A model generated the notes under the pieces. That model saw only the letters and a program-made list of their open reading frames with translations. It did not search any database and was not told where the DNA came from. From positions 666,114 through 730,113 of the forward strand of contig NW_003314331.1 in assembly GCF_000143415.4 (NCBI RefSeq): DNA of 64,000 bases, written 5' to 3'. Within the stretch, counting starts at the first letter, position 1. Every line of letters begins with the position of its first letter. Positions 51,101 to 62,520 of the stretch are shown here, in pieces. The translations under genes and the position numbers were made by a program. Source of the DNA: Selaginella moellendorffii (Eukaryota > Plantae > Lycopodiophyta).

Positions 51101-52942
51101 TTATGTTTTGATGCTTTGGAACAGATGTTTGAAGCGTGCTAGCAAAGGCTCGTAGAGGTGACCACTCTTTTCTGCCACCAAGACCGGTAAGCACTTTCGT
51201 CTAAGTTCGAGAACCTTGTCATCGCTCCCACTCTCCGCGGCCTTGCTCCACGGCAGCGAGTTCTCGTTAAGAATTTTCAGGCAGCAATACAGCAGGCTCT
51301 CCAAGTCGCTGATGATATCATCTGCCCTCGTACCTATGAAGTACCAGTGGGAAGAAAACTCCCAGCTCGGAATCCCAGTCATCGCAGTCTTGACACCCAG
51401 AGAAGGCCATGCACTGTCAACTGCTTCAACGAACTTTGAAAATGCCGTGCCGTATGCAAGGCCCCAGTCTATCAAGCTGTAGGTGCCATCCTTGCAGCAG
51501 ATGTTCTGTAGAGAAACATCCCCGTGGTAGACACCCTTTTGAGCGCAGCATTGCAGCACTTCATAAAGCTGCTTGCTCATCTCGTAAACTTGTGGGGGAG
51601 TCATGGAGGAGGAGGACAGAAGTTTTTCCAGCGGCACCCCTGCATCCCTGACAAGCATCGCTGGCCTGTTTTGCAAGCCTTGAGCCTCCACCGTCACAGG
51701 ACAAGCACCTGTGTCTCCGAGTTGAGCCCTGAAAAACATATCCCTCTCCGTTTGAAACCATCTCTCCCACGCCCATTCCGGCTCTAAGGTCGAGAGCGCC
51801 TCCGCCCGACGTTGCACGTCTGGCCCAACCTTGAGCCACCACACCCGGCTTCCCCACGAAACTCTGAAAACCAGATTAGTCTCTGTGTATAGTGCAATTC
51901 CTGGGATGACAACCGTCACCTTCTGATCCATTCGGCTTTGCACCGGAATTTCCAAAAAGTGTTCGCCTATAGAGTAACCCCTGCTGTCTTTCAGCTCGAG
52001 CTTTATGCGAGAAAAAGGATCCCTGGAAACGCTAGCTTTGAATCCTGATTCTTCCAGTATTTGCCTGTCAAGCATTGCTCCTATCCATTGGACGCAGGGC
52101 AAGTCCATGTCGATAGTGAAAAGCTGGCCAGGAGAGTAGTTGCCGTTCGCCAATGGAAGCAAAGGTCCGTCTACTGTCTGAGGTAGATTCTCGTACTCGT
52201 GTGCTTGATACACACACTGCACCCTGAGTCCCGTCCCAACGAAACCACACACCTCGCTCTTTCCATCAAGTCCGTGGTACTTGGTTCGCTCCAGATACAA
52301 CGCATTGCCTGTGACCACCAGCTGCCCTCGAGCCCCTTCCACTTTCAAAAGATATCCTGGCTCCTCAGTTTTCTGATCCACGACGTTCGATCTGGAAGTA
52401 CCTATACGGAAGAAACCGTCAAGCGACAGCCTCCCTGCGCTTGCAGAATCCCGACTGACTTGTATGGGCACATTCCGTGCGCGTGCAATTGCCTCGGCAT
52501 AGCTGACCAGAAAGTGGACCTGTCGCTTGTATGAGTCCTTTTTCATGCTGCCCACCATCTCGTTGGTTACTCGCTGCTCCAATGCCCCGGCCGCTGTCAA
52601 ATGTCTCACAAAAGCTTCCTTGTTCTCGGAAAAGAGACGAGAGAAAGGAAGACCCGGAATGTCCTGCATGCGGTCAAGTTCCTCGATGCGTTCCAGCTGC
52701 TTCCTGTCCACCCTCGTTGAGCTTACGCGGCCGAGGCTAGACTTGTTGTCCTCAAGCGGGAGCCAGATATAGAGATTCGACAGATCCAAAAGTTGTATTC
52801 GTTCGTTTCGATTGATTATCCTTTTGTCTAGATCCTCCAGGAACTTTGGAACAGCCAGATCATCTAATGGATACACATACCACCTGAAGAACAGCCATTT
52901 ATCATCACCGGCTTTTGCGACCGTTTGTTGAGCGAGTTCCAC
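51101..52942 (-). CDS. Intronless protein with C-terminal fungal-type (FunK1-like) kinase domain; true start uncertain
   Basis: 613-aa open frame with WLKVG, GVYHGDVSLQNI, LIDWGLA, MTG and SDLESLLY. The frame begins at GTG. Confidence 0.7.
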   Translation of the reverse strand: MELAQQTVAKAGDDKWLFFRWYVYPLDDLAVPKFLEDLDKRIINRNERIQLLDLSNLYIWLPLEDNKSSLGRVSSTRVDRKQLERIEELDRMQDIPGLPFSRLFSENKEAFVRHLTAAGALEQRVTNEMVGSMKKDSYKRQVHFLVSYAEAIARARNVPIQVSRDSASAGRLSLDGFFRIGTSRSNVVDQKTEEPGYLLKVEGARGQLVVTGNALYLERTKYHGLDGKSEVCGFVGTGLRVQCVYQAHEYENLPQTVDGPLLPLANGNYSPGQLFTIDMDLPCVQWIGAMLDRQILEESGFKASVSRDPFSRIKLELKDSRGYSIGEHFLEIPVQSRMDQKVTVVIPGIALYTETNLVFRVSWGSRVWWLKVGPDVQRRAEALSTLEPEWAWERWFQTERDMFFRAQLGDTGACPVTVEAQGLQNRPAMLVRDAGVPLEKLLSSSSMTPPQVYEMSKQLYEVLQCCAQKGVYHGDVSLQNICCKDGTYSLIDWGLAYGTAFSKFVEAVDSAWPSLGVKTAMTGIPSWEFSSHWYFIGTRADDIISDLESLLYCCLKILNENSLPWSKAAESGSDDKVLELRRKCLPVLVAEKSGHLYEPLLARFKHLFQSIKT

Positions 52943-53489
52943 GTCCTCAACAGTAGTTTTAACGTTTCATTTAATCTTGTGCTTCTCGCTCGGAAAAAAT
53001 ACTTGCAACTCATCCACTATACCCTTCCAATTCATCTGTGTTACAAAATGGGTTTATATTCACTACCTTAACCCAAAAGTGATCTATGGATGAATTTGCT
53101 GCACCAGCTTTTTGAAAGGGTGAAAATTCAATTTTGAGAAAACAAATGCTACAATGGCATGAGGAAATTGGCAAAGCTTCTGCTCGACTGCTACGTCAAA
53201 GAAGGCTATATGCTTTCTTCGCCTTGTTGATCACTGTGTCCATGGTCAATTGGTCAATCTTCTGGGACGAGCTGAAAACCTGCCTGGATGGAGCTTGGCA
53301 TGGCATCTTGTGGGCACTAAAGTGATGTAGAGAAATGAGTGGCTGTCCAGATTACAGCCAACATGGGGTGATATAAAGCTGCTGGTGAAGGAGCGAGATG
53401 TAAGCTTGAAAGCTAGATTCATATTGTTCTTCACTGCTGGAGATCGAACTCATCCCAGATATATGGAACAGCTCTGCGGTGATCTCGAT

Positions 53490-54720
53490 CACCGCAGACA
53501 TCTCGGACAGTGTTTTTGTTCCTTAGCTTTCCTCAAATCTAGGGTTATGGTTTGTAGTTTGCTGCTCGTTGGACGTGGAGACCTCTGAAAAATGGATCCA
53601 AGGCAGAACCGGCATTCTCTCGCGCCAGGAATCTAACATGCGATTCATGCTTTTCCGCAGCCAAAGAATCCCTGGTCAGTTTGGCTTTGGAAGCGTTGAT
53701 CATGGCCAATGTTGACCCTAAAGACATTGACTTCGTTAAGCTATGCACGTCCACACCACGAGCACTCCGATGGTATTCTGTCTAGAGAAAACGAAATATT
53801 CTGATAACAATGGCCATGTTTTCGGGGCTATAGGTGGCAAATCAACTGTGATGCCATAACTCGGTTGCCTCTTGACACTGTAGCAGCACGCAGCGGCTTT
53901 ATGATCGGTCTAATAGAGCCATCCATGCTTATGAGAGGTGATTTTCTTATTAGAATTGGGCACTGTTTCCACATACACGAATGTGTGCATCTCCAGGAGG
54001 GAGATTCAAGACGGTTCTCGTAGTTGGGGCCCATGTTCTATCCAGATATGTGGACTGGACAGATAGGTAGACGTGTATTTTGTTTGGGGATGCGACTGGA
54101 GTTGTGGTACTCAAGGTGAGCAAAGCAAAGACATCACTACTGAAGCTTGCTACAATTATAATTTTCAGGCTAGCACCAGCAAAGACAATCTACTTGGCTA
54201 TCAGATGCCAACGTATCTAGCGGAGATAAGTACGTTGCTTTGACATATCCATTGTCACGATTGATCTTGCTTGCAAGTACTTACATCTTTCACCCAAAGA
54301 AAATGCTACTGACGAGACGGTGCAGGGGCGCAATGGCCCATAGAGCTGTTGGAGAAGCCATCTTATTCATTCCTTGACATGGAAGGACAAGAAGTGTGCT
54401 GTTGAAACCGTGCCTGCAGCTGTCCAAGACGCTCTTGAAGATGCCAATCTTGGAATTCAGGAGATTGATTGGAGCTTCATCAAAAAGCAGAGGCAAACCA
54501 GCAAATTTTGGACAAAGTTACTGAGAAACTAAAGGTCCTAAGGGGTTGGCAAACCTCGCGTCCTATGGGAACACCAGTGTTGCATCCATTTCTCTTGTGT
54601 TGTATGAGCAAGTTCGAAGTGGTCGAGTCAAGCCAGGGGATGTTATAGCTACAGCAGGATTTGGAACTGGTTTTACGTGCGCCGGTGCAGTTTTTAAGTG
54701 GATTGCAAGGGCTGTCGTCC
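53490..54720 (+). pseudogene. Beta-ketoacyl-ACP synthase III (FabH/KAS III) pseudogene
   Basis: AARSGF (normally AACSGF; catalytic Cys lost), VDWTDR*TCILFGDA (in-frame stop), YGNTSVASI and ATAGFGTG. Confidence 0.8.
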
Positions 54721-54793
54721 TGAAACTTGACATCTCCAGAAGTATAAAAATTATGAATATATGCTATGACATAAACTAGTGTATTCAATCTTC

Positions 54794-55792
54794 TTAAGCC
54801 AGAGCTGGCGATGCTCGAGGGAACACTAGCAAGCCTTTGTCTCTATAACTCTCCACAGAGTCTTTCAAGCACTCCTTGAGCGGCCGGAACTTCAACCCAA
54901 GCTCTCGGCGGATCTTCTCAGTGGAGATGACAAAACGCGCCGCCCTCTCGCCGCCAGTGACCATCTTGGACGGCAACCGCGCCGCCACCTCTGGCGGCAC
55001 AACCTCCCGCAGCACATCGATCAGCTCCGCCCTGTGGAGCGAGCTCTCGGCACACAAGTATCGTCCGCGAGCTCCCTGCCTCTCGAACGCCTCAACATGA
55101 GCCAGAGCAACGTCCCTTACATCGACGTAGGCCTGGGATCGGTTCAAGTATCGCTCAAACTTCGTGTTGATCAAACGAAGGATGTGAGAGCTGCTCGCGT
55201 TTTGCCATGGCTGCAACACCGGGCCGAGAGTAACGCATGGATTTATCACCACCAAGTCCAGCTCACTCTTCCTGGAGATCTGCCAAGCAGCACTCTCCGC
55301 CAGCGTCTTTCCCAGGCAGTACCACTCGCCGGTCTCTTCCATAAACTCCAGGCTGCTCCAGCACTGCTCGTCGATCGGGGCGCTATCGCCGCGGGAGGGA
55401 TCCAGGTACATGGTCCCAATCGTGGAAGTGAGCACCACTCTCGTCACCCCCGCGCTGGAGCAAGCCCGCATCAGATTCACGGTGCCATCGACGATGGGCT
55501 GGACGATCTCAGCGTGGGGATCGCGGGTAAGCTTGGCCGCCATGGCGCAGGCAACGTGGAAGACCCCGTCGCAGCCCTGGACGCTGGCCTCGATGGCGCT
55601 GCTGCTGCTGAGATCGAGCTTGACAGTGGTGAGGCGATCCGGAGCGCCCGGAAGCTGCTTGAGATGCGCGAGCTTGAGCTCGTCGTGGGGATCGCGCACG
55701 GCGGCTCGAACCTGGTAGCCTCGATCCAGGAGAATGCGGACGATCCAGGAGCCAATGAAGCCGCCAGCACCCGTTACCGCCACTGTCGACAT
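54794..55792 (-). CDS. Cinnamoyl-CoA reductase / DFR-like extended SDR, single exon
   Basis: VTGAGGFIGSW, GCDGVFHVA, WYCLGKTLAE (YxxxK), YVDVRDVALAH and GRYLC. The start is taken at MSTVAV. Confidence 0.9.
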   Translation of the reverse strand: MSTVAVTGAGGFIGSWIVRILLDRGYQVRAAVRDPHDELKLAHLKQLPGAPDRLTTVKLDLSSSSAIEASVQGCDGVFHVACAMAAKLTRDPHAEIVQPIVDGTVNLMRACSSAGVTRVVLTSTIGTMYLDPSRGDSAPIDEQCWSSLEFMEETGEWYCLGKTLAESAAWQISRKSELDLVVINPCVTLGPVLQPWQNASSSHILRLINTKFERYLNRSQAYVDVRDVALAHVEAFERQGARGRYLCAESSLHRAELIDVLREVVPPEVAARLPSKMVTGGERAARFVISTEKIRRELGLKFRPLKECLKDSVESYRDKGLLVFPRASPALA

Positions 55793-55843
55793 GCTTGCTT
55801 TTCGTTTTAGGTTTTTCTGTTTTGCAAAGCAAAAGGAGACACG

Positions 55844-56788
55844 ATGACCTCGGAAGCTCTGAAGATGATCCACCTCGTAGTGACTCTTGGATTGAATTCT
55901 TGACGAGGATTATATATAGGTGCGGCATGCTGAGGCTGAACACAATGGTTTCCATTCGCCGCGCCATGTCTTCGATCCGGTCCTCAAGCCCGCTGGCTGG
56001 AAGCAAGTAAGACAAATAGAAAATATAACAGGATTTTACAGTCGGGTCTTAGGTGGAGCAACTCCGGAAGCATATTGTAGCCACGGGCTTGATGCGTGAA
56101 GTTAAGCTAGTTGTGGTTTCTCCTTTGACGCGGTAAGCACAGGACCAGCGCACAAACATATACAAACTTGTGCTTTTAGGACATTGCAAACGGCTGTAGG
56201 TTTGTTTGGGGTGCGGCATGGCAGCGAACGAATCTCCAGTCCATCGCCTCTTGTTGCCTTGGACCTGTGCAGGGAACTCATGGTACGTTCAGTTCATGCA
56301 TCACTGAGATCTTTTGTGTTTTTGTGTTTGCCAGATTCCTTCTGGAGCCACCAAGAGGAGGCCCATTAGTGAAAGCAAGTTTCAATTTCCCGAGGTGGAT
56401 TTTTCGCAGGTGGCCATTTTTTTTATCTTTCGTATTGGAAATTGTGATTTACTTTTCATAGATCGAGGATGATGAAGACGTGCTGTGGAAACCCAACCGA
56501 GAATCAAGGGAGTCCTTTGATGCACGACGGACATCTTTCTTGCAATGGTAAATCAAACTCTTATGACTGTTTTTTGCTCGTGCTAGCAGTTGCCTTTTGA
56601 GCAGGTTGACGTTTCGTGAAGAGAAGAACATCGCGGTTGTTTCCCATGGCGCCTTTCTCAAAAACCTGGTGAATAGTCGTGATGATGATGGGTCAAGTTT
56701 TTGTGGTGACCAGAAAACCTCAAACTTTTCAAATTGTGAGCTTTTCTCCATCGCTCTTCATCTCAAGCCAAGTTCGTCGCTGTGCTGA
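55844..56788 (+). CDS. Phosphoglycerate-mutase-like histidine phosphatase, 7 short exons
   Basis: MTSEALKMIHL/VRHAEAEHN, VVVSPLTR/TLQTAVGLFG, LCRE, FPEVDFSQ/IEDDEDVLWKP, IAVVSHGAFL and FSNCEL, joined by GT-AG introns. The first intron is only 43 nt. Confidence 0.8.
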
Positions 56789-57319
56789 TTAGGTTCCAGA
56801 CATTTCAAGGCAGTAATAATAGTATTCAATTTCCTGGAATATCGTAAGTCATCTAGCCGCGCCCGTGTTAAGTGCTACGTTTTTGGTGGTAAGTTCTGCT
56901 TCTTCATTCTATAATTTCTCAGAGAAAAACAAATACAACCATGGAGTTTATGAAGTGGACCATAGTGTGTGCTGAACCTCGTTTGAAGCAAGTTTCACTT
57001 GTTTCTCCAAAAGGTAACATGTAGAGCCTCTTGGTGCACGCGAGAATCAACGGTTGAGGCGCTGTAGTTACTCTACTCAAAATTAAGAAGTCGGTAGACG
57101 GGTCTCTTTGACATTAGTGGCTGTCATGGTGAGAGCCTGCTTTCCTCTGGAACATGGCGATGTCATCTTACTAGGCATTTTCTAGTAGGTAATCAATCGC
57201 ATCCGATAACCAATTAAAAAACTCGTAGTTTTTCCTCAGGGTTCTCTATGATCCAGGTAAGACCTCTCTTTGATCCAGGTCCCGAACAAGAAGCAGTGGA
57301 AGCTGCTCTATGGACTCTT

Positions 57320-58130
57320 TTCGATCTGGTATAGCCACCTGTTAGGTTTCGAGGATGAAGGCCTACGGCAGCAGCAGCAACAACACCACAAGAAGGCTTG
57401 TGGCGGCAGCAGCAATGGACACCAAAAGAAGGCTTACGGCACTGGCATCATAATAAGTTCACAAAGCAAAAGCCGAGGAGGTGGACATTTTTGCAATCGC
57501 GAACGCTGGCGAACGCATGCGAGCAAGGTAAGCAAGATTGAGTTTGATCTTTGCAAGGGGGTAAGAAAGCTCACTTATTCTGGATTTTCCAGTTTTTGTT
57601 TTCTTTTGCTAGCCTGGAGTGGATCTTTTTGCTCATGAACAAAAGCAATGCTACCTCTGCCTAGCGAAGGGACACTATACTTATCAATGTTCAAGAAATC
57701 CCCTGCGAAATGAGCACTGGGCAGAGAGGACTTACACTGGACCAATGAAGAGAATTCGTCTTCAGGTTTGTATCACCTGTTTCTTTATATGTTTATTTGT
57801 GTACGTTTTCAGGTTCAGGTAGCAGACTTCCTGCAATAACATCCTCGTCTCTGCGTCCAACGGATTGAATACGAAAACCTCAAACGGATCTGCAAAATAC
57901 ATCCAAACTTGGGAATCTTTATCGTGCCTGAGCCACCCACCCTTTTGCATCTCAACTTTGGGACGCTTTCCAGCATCTGGATGGACACATCAACGCAGGC
58001 CTAGGCTTCGGGCTATACAAATCCGATGAAGAAATGCCTCCAGGGTATAACCAGTTTGCAGCTGCAGATGAAGCATTGATTGAAGAACTCAAAAAGGAAG
58101 CGAACCATCAAAAAAGCTATGCGCTTTAAG
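57320..58130 (+). pseudogene. Zinc-knuckle family copy with exon 2 largely deleted and further frameshifts
   Basis: KKAYG repeats, CYLCLAKGHYTYQC, QRIEYENLKRICK and EEMPPGYNQFAAADEALIEELK. Confidence 0.75.
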
Positions 58131-58999
58131 AAAGTAATAGAAGTGGAAAGGTGTAGTCAAAGTATACTGTATCGCTCGTGCCTCTAGAAGACAAGAAATA
58201 GTCGTCAGCCTATTGTGGTCTTGGGACGCACTAGAAAAGCTTGTAGCGAGGAAGTTAAACACAAACCAACAAAACTAAATTATCAGTCCCTGAGCCATTG
58301 TGATCGAGTTTCCACGCATAATCGAGATCATTGGTTGTGAAAGGCTCGGGAATGGAAGATCCTCGCTGCTTACATCCAGCCCCTTAATGTTTTTTTCTCT
58401 CTGGAGAAAAAGAAAAGTACCGGCCCGTTCGCATTCTTTCAAACTCGCAGGTGTAAATGATTCCTGGAAAGAAAAGTGCGAAGATTTCCATGCCAATGCT
58501 AACAATCAAAGGTACTACAGGCAGAAGTGGGAAAAAACAAAGCACATCTATCGGTATCCTTTTGCCATAGAATGGTCTGAAGAAATCGGTCTGCTTAAAG
58601 TCGTTGCATCCTAGACAAAAGCAATTTATCAAGCATAAGCATCGCTCCAATCCTTAGTTCCTGACGAATGTCAAGACAAACAGCTCCCCAGGCTGTAGTG
58701 GCTGGATGTTAGGTTTCCATTGTTTTCACATAGTTTATGAAAGCTATATATCAATTTATCTCCACCAAATATCCTGTATCATGTTGGCATTGGATCCCTT
58801 GCATGGTCATGAGAAAAATTCTCTTGATGTTAATTTTGGCCAATGGGATTGGAGGGCGAGAACTAAATACAATTGATGCTCTCTAGCCTTATGCTGCAAT
58901 GATCTTCTTGTGTTTCTGTCCAAGAGGCCAATAGAGCTCAACACCTATATCCCATATAATATTCACTTTTTGCAGATATCATGTAAAGGTTGTCAAGTG

Positions 59000-60450
59000 A
59001 TGAGCCCCTTGCAGCCATGTCTTAAATGCTTTTTCCATCCATAGCATTCAGATATAAACTATATTTTCCAGAGGGAGATCACTAAGCTCCATCTCTAGTG
59101 ACCATGTCTAGGCCTGAAGTTTGTGCCACCACCCAAGTTGATGTTGATTGCCAAGGTTGATAGAGTCCAAAACAACAAACTTCACGAGGTTGCCTTCATC
59201 CAGGTGTGAGTAGACATAGAACATATTGCATGGTGTTCTTCCCAACTTGGAGCTGCATTGGATACCAGATTCCATATATATAATCCTGTGAAATCTATGA
59301 GGATGTCCAATGAATCTTTTGAACTTTCCTCCAAAGATCCTTGGTCAGACCAGGTCCCCATACCTCTCCACTATACGTTAAGACTATTGTGACCTTTGCC
59401 GTGAATTACTGATGCTTAGCATCCCAACAGTAGATCCCTATGGTATGGAAATCACTTTGGAGGGCATGTGATACTAATATGGTCAGTTATCTCATTGATG
59501 TACTATATAGCCAAGGTATTTGTATGCCTTAACCTCTACCACTATCTTGCCTTGATACATATTCTAAGCATTATCTCCCCTCCTGAAGGTCACAATCTAT
59601 GTTTTGGTAAGATTTATAGCTAAGCTTCTGTTTTCACAAAACATGGCAAGGACCTCTAGTTGTCTCTGAAGCAGGAGGCAAGTAGTAGTAAGTCATCTAT
59701 GTAGAGAAGTAGATACAAGTACAGTCCTGCCATTTGGATCTCTGATAGATGGTGATCAACAAAGAGAGCCTTAATCACATTGATATATAAACTAAAGAGA
59801 TTTGGAGAAGGTGGGCTGTTCTATGCCAATGGTGTTGGTGAGCAATTCTTGATCGGTAAAGTCAATAAAAATAACTTTATATAAAGCCGAAGCAACCTAG
59901 ATTGTCACTGTGGATGTTCTAAATACTTTTAGCTGATCTAATAAGCCTTATCTCAGAACTATATTGAAGGCTTTCTTAAAATTAATGAAGTAACATATTA
60001 AGTGTTTGGCTAAGTGAACATAAAGAAGCAATCTATATAGTTAAGTATATTTGGCTAAGTTTGTTAGTTCTCTTTTGGTTTATCTTGCACTGGTTTAGCA
60101 AGAACCCCCATGATATAGAATCTAATCCCTCAATATTGTTATATAATAGCTTATTGTATCTACCAAACATCTTTGCTATCATGTCTTATATATTGGTTTT
60201 AACGTTTTAAACCCTATGGTGTTGTTCTTTCTCCCTAATTTGCAATGTAACGCCATTCCATATTTAGTAAGTTTTATATTTATCCCAAAGACTCTCTCCT
60301 CACTATCCAACATTTTCCACACCAGAACAAAATGGCCTTTGACTTGCAGAAGGTATGTTGGAACTCCATAAACACCAAGATAAATAAGCACGGAGAAACT
60401 ATAGCTAGCTAGGGACTTGAGCCTCCTCATACTCTAGTGCTAATAGTCAT
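59000..60450 (-). mobile_element. Decayed LINE reverse transcriptase
   Basis: FINFKKAF (~59975), PSPNLF (~59800) and YLLLYIDDL (~59700) on the minus strand. Boundaries approximate. Confidence 0.65.
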
Positions 60451-61678
60451 TATAGCTGTCTGAAAGTTTTTCCTCCTCAACACTGGCCTTTTCGGCAGTG
60501 CCATTATTATTCTTCATTACACCACCCATTTACTCTTCACTTTTTATCAAACTTTATTTTGTATTTTATCTCCCATAACTGATATAAGGACCCCTCACAA
60601 TGGATATACAGCCCTAAGATTATTGCTAATCCCCTATTAATTAATCATCTTTAGTCTAAAATAAAGAGAAATCCATGATCTTGACTTTGTCTCGGTCACG
60701 AGCACACTCTAGCTCCTTAATAAATCTCAATATTAATCACCCTAATTAGAAATCTTGACCCATTATTCTTTATTAGGGTTGATTGTAGCTATCATTAGAA
60801 TCACTAGAGTTGATGACATGGCCTCATTCAAGAGGACCCTAAGGGAGCCAATGATGATCACTTGGATCATGTATAGCTAGTTGCAATGTTTGATAAATGT
60901 GGCAAGAGCATTATTGGCCATATGCAAGGACAATCTCCCAATTTTTCATATTACAAACTTGTTGAGTTAGAGTGAGGTTGGATGTCCTTGGTCCCAACAA
61001 TTGGCTGTAAACTTGATCATGCATAGGTCCACTTGAAGGAATATAGCCAATCTAGTCTTATGCTTCATAGATCTCATGGGCTCTATAGGTAGTCTAGCAG
61101 CTCGGAGACATTGAACATGGGACTTGGCTTTGAGGCTCTTACATATGGCAACAATGTAAAGCTATTACTTGATTTCATTTTATCCATGAGCATTGAGTTG
61201 GTGTAATGAGAGCACATTCTTTCTGCATTGGAGGAAAGCAATATAGCTCCTAAGTGATGACAATGTGGTCTTCCTTTTGATCCATGTGTGGATGTATTTG
61301 TTATACTCTATTTGCTACAACAAGTGAGTTGATTGTCAATGAGTGTGATGATCCTTCTGCTCTTTGTCTAGACATTGCAGTTTTGTGTTGAAACACTCTT
61401 CTATTCTAGACTACAAATAGATGCTATTATATCAATGAGTATTTGGGTTTGGACATTTATCTATCATGTTGTATCTTGCAAACTATCTAGAATCAACTAA
61501 TTATTGTAAGGTTTAGCACTTTTCGAAAAGTGGCTAGCATTCATGAGAGCTATGAAGAGAAGATCACCTACGATAAGGTATCGATGCTGCTGAGATATGT
61601 CTTGGTTTGAGTGTTCAAAATATCTTAGATGGTGCCTTGAAAGCTTTTATCGAACCTTATAAACTTTGTCATTGCCGT

Positions 61679-61985
61679 ATATAAACAACCAAAGAAAATA
61701 ACTTAAGAAATAATCTATAAAGGTTTAAATATAAAAGGAAAAGGCCTATGAACAAAAGTACATTCTTTTTTCCAATTGATTAAAAAATTTGGGATACTTA
61801 CAAGTGTTCTTGGGTTTGGATAATATTGAGCTAGGTAACCTCTTGAGAAATCCAAAGTTAGAAATTTACACTTTAGTCCATATTCTTCCGTGATAAAGAA
61901 TGGAATATCCAACACTTCCCTCTTTTGGGTTTAAATAGTATTAGATTGAGTGACATCCCAAGAAGTCTAAAGTAAAAAATTTACA
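61679..61985 (+). mobile_element. Very decayed Cassandra-type LTR plus a partial repeat of its 3' end
   Basis: Colinear with 14352-14545 (AACAACCAAAG...ATGAACAAAAGT...TTCCAATTG...TTGGGTTTG...TTACA). A second 3' part lies at ~61921-61985. Confidence 0.7.
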
Positions 61986-62249
61986 CCCTTGTCCTTGTTC
62001 TTCCATGATAAAGAATGGGATATCTAGCACCTCCCTCTCTTACATGGCTTTCCATACCCACTCCTCACTCCTTGCATCACACCCAAATTAGTAATGTTAA
62101 ACTTTAAGTCATATTAAGCTATACAATCAGAATAATGCTATTATAGTAGAATAAAAAATATATTTTATTTTATAACTTTAGATACTAGAACAAATTTAAG
62201 TAATTGATAATTGACTCAAGCTGACTTAAAAGGTGGCAATAAAAAAGGG

Positions 62250-62520
62250 GGAAGTGGAGGCCATTAAACCCCAAAGAATGTTCTCCTTCATAGTTCTCTT
62301 AGTATCTCATCATCAAAGGAGTTCACACAATAACACTATGATCTCTCATCCTGTCTAAAGCTTTGTGAGCATCTAACATGCTCCCACACTTTCAATGTAT
62401 AAATCAAGATATTCCTTGAACAAGAACACAGCCCTTTGGAGTTTAGGGTTCCTTCTCTAGGGATTTTAGTACACCACAATTATGTTTAATCACTAGAAAT
62501 GAGTGAGAATCTCTAAGAAA
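62250..62520 (-). pseudogene. PPR motif remnant
   Basis: Minus frame reads KCGSMLDAHKALDRMRDHSVIV*TPLMM.Y, resembling KCGS..DA..VFD.M....V.SW. Confidence 0.5.

Noticed and set aside
53100-53480. Short ORFs between the kinase and the KAS III relic
   Set aside because: No recognisable homology.
55793-55873. N-terminal extension of the 359-aa CCR-like ORF
   Set aside because: Starts at a non-ATG codon and overlaps the phosphatase start; the pseudogene copy also begins at the MSTVAV-equivalent Met.
55034-56015. Long overlapping ORFs (258 aa plus strand, 168 aa minus strand)
   Set aside because: Shadow frames of the GC-rich CCR-like gene.
20223-56788. Biosynthetic gene cluster (amidase, N-methyltransferase, KAS III, reductase, phosphatase)
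   Set aside because: The genes are interspersed with unrelated housekeeping genes, KAS III is a pseudogene, and no scaffold-forming enzyme or co-expression evidence is available.
58275-58650. Overlapping ORFs of 76-104 aa
   Set aside because: No motif and non-ATG starts; cannot be distinguished from chance.
60800-61400. Possible additional PPR or retroelement relic
   Set aside because: Only a faint AMFDKCG-like trace; too decayed to call.
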